Part shown: positions 58,265-64,000 of the stretch, piece by piece
Numbering within the stretch: the stretch's first letter is position 1
Layout of the letters: every line of letters starts with the position of its first letter
From: a virus
Strand: one strand, 5' to 3'
DNA length: 64,000 nt
IMG/VR virus record: IMGVR_UViG_3300021438_000010
Location: 1-64,000 of that record
Notes under the pieces: model-generated
Told to the model about the DNA's origin: nothing
Seen by the model: the letters and a program-made list of their open reading frames with translations, nothing else
Database searches by the model: none
Translations under genes and position numbers: made by a program

Positions 58265-58582
58265 TCATACCTCCAGTGCTGAACGGATTCTTCCTCTTAC
58301 TACCTGTGTATTGCCACGGTTATATGTGCCTAGGGTGGCACTATATACATTTCTAGCAATTGATCGTGGAATACCTAAAAGCCTAGCAGCAAATTCTGTA
58401 TCTTCACGATTATTATTAAAAAAACCAAATCCAGACTTATGAGCAAGTGCTGTAATTGGATTCAAGGTAAAACCTTTGTAATAGCCACTCTGAATTGTGG
58501 CAGTTACACGGTTCTTATTAATATCCCAGTGATATGCATCAGCTAGGTTGGATAGTCTATTAAAAAGTTCACTATAATTCAT
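58265..58582 (-). CDS. Hypothetical protein
   Basis: Start placed at MNYSELF, which has an AAGGAG RBS. Confidence 0.6.
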   Translation of the reverse strand: MNYSELFNRLSNLADAYHWDINKNRVTATIQSGYYKGFTLNPITALAHKSGFGFFNNNREDTEFAARLLGIPRSIARNVYSATLGTYNRGNTQVVRGRIRSALEV

Positions 58583-58583
58583 A

Positions 58584-58763
58584 TCAATCTCCTTCTTCGT
58601 TACTACTTGATTCTTCGAAAACTTGAATATCTTTAACACCACTTTGCACATAAGCTTTTAACTGCTCAATTTCTTTTTGAATTAATGCTTGTTGTTTTGT
58701 TAACTCTTCAATCCTTTGAGCAACATTTTGCAAATGTGCTTTTGCCATATCAATAACTGTCAT
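58584..58763 (-). CDS. Small coiled-coil protein (59 aa, not in the ORF track)
   Basis: MTVIDMAKAHLQNVAQRIEELTKQQALIQKEIEQLKAYVQ...EEGD*; AAGGAG RBS; fills the gap exactly. Confidence 0.7.
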   Translation of the reverse strand: MTVIDMAKAHLQNVAQRIEELTKQQALIQKEIEQLKAYVQSGVKDIQVFEESSSNEEGD

Positions 58764-58817
58764 ATTTTTCTCCTTTTTTGTTTACCTTGTTATACTCTGT
58801 TGTAACATTAAAAACAC

Positions 58818-59027
58818 TTATGGTTTTTGTTCGTATGTCATATAATCTAATACTTGAGTATGGGTCCATCCCAATTGATAGTTGTCATCAGTAGCAATTC
58901 TAGCAATATCAATATATTCCATTTCTAATCTAACTATTAATTCTGCTAAAAATTCAAGCTTATTTGAATAAACGCATTCTTCTATTAAGTCTAGGGTTTC
59001 TTTTACCGTTCTCTTATTTTTACTCAT
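58818..59027 (-). CDS. Hypothetical protein
   Basis: 69-aa ORF with an ATGA overlap. Confidence 0.55.
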   Translation of the reverse strand: MSKNKRTVKETLDLIEECVYSNKLEFLAELIVRLEMEYIDIARIATDDNYQLGWTHTQVLDYMTYEQKP

Positions 59028-59461
59028 TTGGGATAATACTCTATTAATTCTGTTTTTGCTTGCTCAAAAAGCCAACGAGATAATATAAAATTTTTTTCCC
59101 ACCTATCTATTGAATTTTTGTATGATACCACTCTAGTAATTCCAGATTGTATTATCATACTAGCACATCTTGGGCATGGGATAAAAGGGTAAGTATATAA
59201 AGTACAACCTATAAGAGATTTGTTTGCAAATAATATAGCATTCATTTCTCCATGTACTATAATATTATACTTAGTTTCTCTATTATTTAGCATCTCTGTA
59301 CAATCATGAATATTTTTTGGAAACCCATTGTAACCAACGGATATTATCCTATTATCACGATCTGTTATTACGGCACCAACTTTAGTAGATGGATCTTTAG
59401 ACCAGCTAGAAATGAATTCCGCCAAGTCAAGAAATCTATAATCCCATTTTAGCAAATTCAT
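59024..59461 (-). CDS. dCMP deaminase
   Basis: SKDPSTKVGAVI, GYNGFP, VHGEMNAI, PCPRCA. Confidence 0.92.
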   Translation of the reverse strand: MNLLKWDYRFLDLAEFISSWSKDPSTKVGAVITDRDNRIISVGYNGFPKNIHDCTEMLNNRETKYNIIVHGEMNAILFANKSLIGCTLYTYPFIPCPRCASMIIQSGITRVVSYKNSIDRWEKNFILSRWLFEQAKTELIEYYPK

Positions 59462-59464
59462 AAA

Positions 59465-60034
59465 TTAATAATTAGATTTTAATTGAAAGACATAATCTTC
59501 GCCAATTGGCTGTACTTGTGGATTCCATACATTTTCTATAAGTTCATAATTGTTATCGTTCATCCATTCTATGATTTCATCAAAATGTGGATTTTTGTAT
59601 TCAACCCCAAAGCTATACATTTCTACAGAGATTTGTTTTGGTCTACTTATAAGATTTTTAATAATATCAAATTCGCTTCCCTCTGTATCTAATAGTAAAA
59701 CATCTATATCTCCATTATCAATTTCCTTGATAGACTTCATATTTATAGATGCTTTTCTCAACTCAGATTCTGCTTCTGGCTGAATTCCTTTTTGTGGGGA
59801 TGCAATTCCTTCTAAGAATGAAGATGGTCCAGCTAAAAAAAGATTGCATATTTTATTTTCTGATCCAACAGCATAATTAAATAATTTAAAATTAGGAAAA
59901 TAAGACAGGCTAGATTTCAATTCCTCAAAACATATTGGATTAGGTTCAAATAAATAGCATTCAATATCTGTATTAACAAATTGCTTTGTTCTACAGTGAT
60001 ATAAATGACCAACGCCTATTTCAAATATTTTCAT
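59465..60034 (-). CDS. FkbM-family methyltransferase
   Basis: FEIGVG, FEPNP, NYAVG, LLLDTEGSE. Confidence 0.85.
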   Translation of the reverse strand: MKIFEIGVGHLYHCRTKQFVNTDIECYLFEPNPICFEELKSSLSYFPNFKLFNYAVGSENKICNLFLAGPSSFLEGIASPQKGIQPEAESELRKASINMKSIKEIDNGDIDVLLLDTEGSEFDIIKNLISRPKQISVEMYSFGVEYKNPHFDEIIEWMNDNNYELIENVWNPQVQPIGEDYVFQLKSNY

Positions 60035-60043
60035 TTTATTCCT

Positions 60044-61087
60044 CTATGTAGTTTTATCAAAATGAACTCTGTTTACTCTAATGAATTCTGCACACTTTGG
60101 CAAATCTTTTAAACTATCAGAACCGACATAAGCACACGCACTCCTTATACCACCTAGTATATCATCAACAATATTTAATACATTACCTTTATAGTCAACT
60201 ATTTTAATACGACCTTCACTAGCCCTGTAGTTTTTGACTCCACCATATTTTTCTTGTGCTGCATGAGAACTCATTCCGTAGAACGTCAGAACTCGTTTGT
60301 CTCCAATGTAAGACCATTCACCATCGCACTGTTCTGATCCAGCTATCATTCCTCCAAGCATAACAAAATCTGCACCGGCAGCAAATGCCTTGACAACATC
60401 TGCTGGCGTTCTACATCCACCATCAGCACAAATCAATCCTAGATGTTTGTTTTTAGCTTTTAGTCCATGAGCGGCATGAGAACATTCGTCAATCGCAGAT
60501 AACTGTGGATATCCTATGCCAGTTTTTAATCTAGTTGTACATGCTGACCCCGGCCCAATACCAACCTTAACGATATCTACTCCACCGTGCAAAATCAACT
60601 CATGCACCATTTCTGGAGTACATACATTTCCAGCCATTATGATAGGTCTTGTGCCAAACTTATTTCTTATTTTAGCACAATGCTCTACAAATTGATCTGT
60701 ATACCCATTGGCAACATCAATACATATGTTGGGTATGTCTTCTATCCTGTCAACTATTTTTCTTAGTTTATCAATCTCATGATCACTAATTCCCATACTA
60801 TACCAAAATGTATTTAGGTTTTGAATATTTTCAACATAATCTTCTACTTCGTAGTGCTTGTGTAGGCATGTGATACAATTTCTCTCTGATAAAGATTCCG
60901 CCATCTTAAATGTGCCGGTAGTATCCATATTTGCTGCCATTATAGGAACTCCACTCCACTCCATTGAAGAGTGAAAGAATTTAAATGTTCTATTGACATC
61001 AACCAAGGACCGTGAAGCGGCTCGGGATCGCTGTGGAACGAGTAAGACATCATCAAAATCCAGTTTTTCATCGCTACGAATATTCAT
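60044..61087 (-). CDS. guaC: GMP reductase
   Basis: LDFDDVLLVP, AANMDTTG, CIDVANGY, KVGIGPGSACTTR..G.GYPQLSA, ADGG, FYGMSS, YRASEG; start at MNIRSD. Confidence 0.93.
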   Translation of the reverse strand: MNIRSDEKLDFDDVLLVPQRSRAASRSLVDVNRTFKFFHSSMEWSGVPIMAANMDTTGTFKMAESLSERNCITCLHKHYEVEDYVENIQNLNTFWYSMGISDHEIDKLRKIVDRIEDIPNICIDVANGYTDQFVEHCAKIRNKFGTRPIIMAGNVCTPEMVHELILHGGVDIVKVGIGPGSACTTRLKTGIGYPQLSAIDECSHAAHGLKAKNKHLGLICADGGCRTPADVVKAFAAGADFVMLGGMIAGSEQCDGEWSYIGDKRVLTFYGMSSHAAQEKYGGVKNYRASEGRIKIVDYKGNVLNIVDDILGGIRSACAYVGSDSLKDLPKCAEFIRVNRVHFDKTT

Positions 61088-61112
61088 TTTTGCCCCTATT
61101 TTATTTATACAT

Positions 61113-61148
61113 AAAAACAAACCGGAAGGGAATTGCTTCCCCTCCGGT
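61113..61148 (-). terminator. Rho-independent terminator after rIIB
   Basis: ACCGGAGGGGAA-GCAA-TTCCCTTCCGGT followed by TTGTTTTT. Confidence 0.85.
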
Positions 61149-61163
61149 CTGCCCACAACACAC

Positions 61164-62030
61164 TCAAACACTAACTGTTTGGAGTCTCTTTGAAAGAACC
61201 TTATTAAGTCTTTCCATTTTTGCTGTAACTTCAACAACCCACTCGCGGTTACGCTTCTTACGATTGAAGTGATTAACATCGTCACTGGTGAGATGAACGA
61301 CCTTATCAAAAATTGTATTAAATTCAGATACAACTTCATATCGACAAGTGCGAAGCTTTTGAAACTTATGATCAGATGGAACGCTAACAACATCGCGTGG
61401 ATTAACCTTGCAAATCATTAGACGGTTTCCACCATCATTGTCGCTATCAAAATCAATTCCACCATAACTCTTAGCATAGTCAATAGCACCAACATGTAGA
61501 CCCTTGCCGCAACCATTATCACGATTATTATCTACTGTATTGCGAGGAACTTGGCAAATAGAACCAACCTTGTTGTCAAAATTACCAGAGTAAATATCCT
61601 TATAATCTTCACGAACAGCCTTGTATGCCAAGAAACATCCATCACCAGTAATTGGCATATTCTTGTTTTCCATAAAATCAAACAGTTCAATTACTGCATG
61701 GTCGGATGGATTTTGACTAAGATTATCAAGGAAGTTAAGCATAGGCTCAAAGGGAAATCCCTGCTTAATCATATCAAGGATAGTACCAGTAAACATATCT
61801 GGCATCTTAATCCCATCCCATGTGAGCGATCCATCATTACAGTTAACATATCCTTCACAGAATGCGTTAACATGAGAAATGATATCGTAACATGCTTCAA
61901 AATACTCGACGTTATTATTCTTAAGGTGAGTAATAAGCTTATCATAATTTGGATGTGACTTATTAAATGTATAAGTCTGCTCACCCACAATCGCCGTTAC
62001 TCCACCATCATTAGCAATAATGTACTTCAT
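61164..62030 (-). CDS. rIIB: rIIB-like protein
   Basis: F..NL.QNPS..ELFDF..PITGDGCFLAYKAV, C.KGLHVG..YA, KVNPRDVVSVP.D...KLRTCRYEV. Confidence 0.88.
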   Translation of the reverse strand: MKYIIANDGGVTAIVGEQTYTFNKSHPNYDKLITHLKNNNVEYFEACYDIISHVNAFCEGYVNCNDGSLTWDGIKMPDMFTGTILDMIKQGFPFEPMLNFLDNLSQNPSDHAVIELFDFMENKNMPITGDGCFLAYKAVREDYKDIYSGNFDNKVGSICQVPRNTVDNNRDNGCGKGLHVGAIDYAKSYGGIDFDSDNDGGNRLMICKVNPRDVVSVPSDHKFQKLRTCRYEVVSEFNTIFDKVVHLTSDDVNHFNRKKRNREWVVEVTAKMERLNKVLSKRLQTVSV

Positions 62031-62057
62031 TGTTATCTCCTTTATCTTATTATATCT

Positions 62058-63998
62058 TTACATGAGGTTAAGAACATTCTGAGCGTGGAGTCCACGTTCA
62101 ACAGAATCAATATAATCTGCAACAACTTTCCTATCAGTCTCGCTCCAAACGTGACCAAGAAGCCTGAGAACAGGATACTTGTTCATTTCAGAATCAAACT
62201 GCTTGCTGAAACGATGGTCAGGCTTGTTTTCGCTAAGATCAACACTATCAACTCCGGGGAAAATCTTAGAGAATTCATGAATGATTCTCATATCATTAGA
62301 CATAGCTTCAATCTTGGATGAATATTCCTTATGTTCAAAGTAAACCTTCTTAGCAAGATTATCAGTCTGAGTCATCTTGAGGGTATCAATCCACTTAATG
62401 TTATGAAGAGATAGTGGGACAGATCGGAAAACATCTTTGATATTATCCTTGTTAGCTTCCACCGCAGTGTTAAATACTTTGGTAAGAATAGTCTCTCCAC
62501 CGAACCAGTTATCACGCTCATCAAGCTTCCTATTCTTAATGACAGAAGGCTTAACAAGATAAAAGGTAGCATCACCAATCATTTCTGGATACTTCTCATA
62601 TGCAAAGGCGATAGCATTAGAAAGATAACTTTCATCAACAGACCTATATCCGATGCTAACGTCACCCTTTGATTCTGAGAAATAGTGTGCATTTTCGTAT
62701 TTGACACTCATGTTGCAAATTTCAAACTTACCAGTTTCCACATTGAATACCTTGGCTTGAATAGCAGGACCACCACCAACGCCACTAGAGGTACGATTAT
62801 ACTCAACTTTATCAAGCATAGAAGTTGGGATAATGTCACTGACTGTGGCATCACCCATTATACTGAGCAAACGGCAGTTGTCAAGAGTCTCACCATCGCG
62901 GAGCTTATAGATGTAATGAACTTGATGACCACTCTGATCTTTCATATACTGACGAATACGACTAATGCCACCACGCGGAAGATTATCTACAAAGAATTTG
63001 GTATTCTCTTGAAAAACCATACGCTCTACGCTCTGCTTAACGTCAACCTTTGAACGGTAGGCAGACTTTTCGGCAGAGTTGATTTCGATCAAATTCTTGA
63101 CATTGATATATTCGCCAGCAACGCTATCAAAGATCTTGTGATCATTCCAAGAGATAGACTTCTGGAGCGATTCAACTGCGGATCGAATAGACGAACACTG
63201 ATTGCTAATCTGCACATACTTCATACGAGCCTTGAACAGCGACGGTTGATTAGCGATCTGCTCTTCAATCTTAGCGGCAATATCATCAGCGATTTGATTA
63301 ACAATGCCAATGATGTTCTTGCGAGTATCCTTGCTATAAGAAAGAGATTCTCGACTAGGAGTAACATCAACATCGCCAATATTGACGAAAATACGCAGAC
63401 CGCTGGAGTATTCAATAAACTTATGCTCCTTGTCAACATACTGACACAACTGATTTGCAGTCAGAGGATATGCAATCTGACCCATAACGATCAAATTCTC
63501 ATCAGCATCAGCATCATAATACCAGTTATCTCCAGCAAGAACTTTATTAACCTTCTTAAAAGAAATAGATTGACCGATAAAGTTAGGCTTCGTATTAAAA
63601 AATTCGTAGACCTTAACCGCTTCGTGATAGAAACGATGAATATCATACTCGTTAACGTTAATAGAAACCTTAATACCATTAGCTTCGTTGGTATCAAAAG
63701 TATCCATCAAGGAGAAAACAGGACTGCCATTCTCATCTTTGAAAGCATTATAAACACGACGCTTGCCATCAAGAAATGCTTCAACAGTAAAACTATCCGC
63801 ATAAGCAAACGGGGCTTTGCTACCGAGGCCAAGACAACCAACAGCATCATTGCTATTGTTTCGGGTACTACGAAAATACGTAGTATAAAGCTGCATACAA
63901 TCTTCGTGATTCATACTAGTGCCATAATCACGAATAAAAAAGGTAGGCTCAAGCCGAGTAGGAATATGTACATCAAATGGTACATTCTTTTTGCCAGC
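62058..63998 (-). CDS. rIIA: rIIA-like protein (GHKL ATPase); 5'-truncated by the window end
   Basis: Frame is open to the window end (PFDVHIPTRLEPTFFIRDYG); STR..SN..G.LGLGSKAPFAY, NGIKV, PSRESLSY; adjacent to rIIB. Confidence 0.88.
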   Translation of the reverse strand, partial: AGKKNVPFDVHIPTRLEPTFFIRDYGTSMNHEDCMQLYTTYFRSTRNNSNDAVGCLGLGSKAPFAYADSFTVEAFLDGKRRVYNAFKDENGSPVFSLMDTFDTNEANGIKVSINVNEYDIHRFYHEAVKVYEFFNTKPNFIGQSISFKKVNKVLAGDNWYYDADADENLIVMGQIAYPLTANQLCQYVDKEHKFIEYSSGLRIFVNIGDVDVTPSRESLSYSKDTRKNIIGIVNQIADDIAAKIEEQIANQPSLFKARMKYVQISNQCSSIRSAVESLQKSISWNDHKIFDSVAGEYINVKNLIEINSAEKSAYRSKVDVKQSVERMVFQENTKFFVDNLPRGGISRIRQYMKDQSGHQVHYIYKLRDGETLDNCRLLSIMGDATVSDIIPTSMLDKVEYNRTSSGVGGGPAIQAKVFNVETGKFEICNMSVKYENAHYFSESKGDVSIGYRSVDESYLSNAIAFAYEKYPEMIGDATFYLVKPSVIKNRKLDERDNWFGGETILTKVFNTAVEANKDNIKDVFRSVPLSLHNIKWIDTLKMTQTDNLAKKVYFEHKEYSSKIEAMSNDMRIIHEFSKIFPGVDSVDLSENKPDHRFSKQFDSEMNKYPVLRLLGHVWSETDRKVVADYIDSVERGLHAQNVLNLM

Positions 63999-64000
63999 CT

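Noticed and set aside
58583-58651. Upstream start (MCKVV) for the 58265 ORF
   Set aside because: It overlaps the 59-aa gene; the ATG at 58582 has a proper AAGGAG RBS
61088-61393. 102-aa N-terminal extension of GuaC overlapping rIIB (449-aa ORF call)
   Set aside because: It crosses a strong terminator and overlaps rIIB in another frame; GuaC homology starts at MNIRSD (61087)
1-64000. Stop-codon reassignment (alternative genetic code)
   Set aside because: Conserved enzymes are full-length in the standard code, genes tile tightly, and TAA, TGA and TAG all occur as real stops
1-64000. tRNA genes, att sites or an integrase
   Set aside because: Intergenic gaps are short and explained by promoters, terminators and RBSs; no cloverleaf or recombinase motifs were recognised by eye

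Overview
This 64-kb window comes from a large, AT-rich, densely coding tailed dsDNA bacteriophage genome that uses the standard genetic code. No tRNA, rRNA, CRISPR array or integrase was seen. Bases 1-14.9 kb (+ strand) hold six virion/tail-type genes, including an FG-GAP repeat protein cut by the window start. Everything from 14.9 kb to 64 kb is on the - strand. In coordinate order it contains: a single-strand annealing protein and a homing-type nuclease; a ~9.5-kb glycosylation island (GT-D, WecB, GT2, three GT4, and several degenerate enzymes); a DnaE polymerase split into two intein-free genes, with a methyltransferase, a DEDDh exonuclease and an Endo VII nuclease between the halves; a degenerate bacterioferritin beside a HiPIP-like protein; a Cas4/RecB-like nuclease, dNMP kinase, primase, DnaB and RecA; PhoH, dUTPase and NrdAB; a putative atypical lysis module (membrane PAS sensor, holin-like protein, papain-like peptidase, beta-helix depolymerase, lipoprotein and TM proteins); a phage sigma factor; a promoter-led operon of a membrane-anchored RuvA-CTD protein, a deaminase, a nucleoside deoxyribosyltransferase-like protein and a GT4; then dCMP deaminase, FkbM, GuaC and rIIB/rIIA (cut by the window end). 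The strongest candidates for novelty are the split DnaE locus, the PAS/holin/papain lysis module, the RuvA-CTD/deaminase/NDT/GT4 operon and the glycosylation island. All calls come from recognising motifs by eye; no database searches were run.
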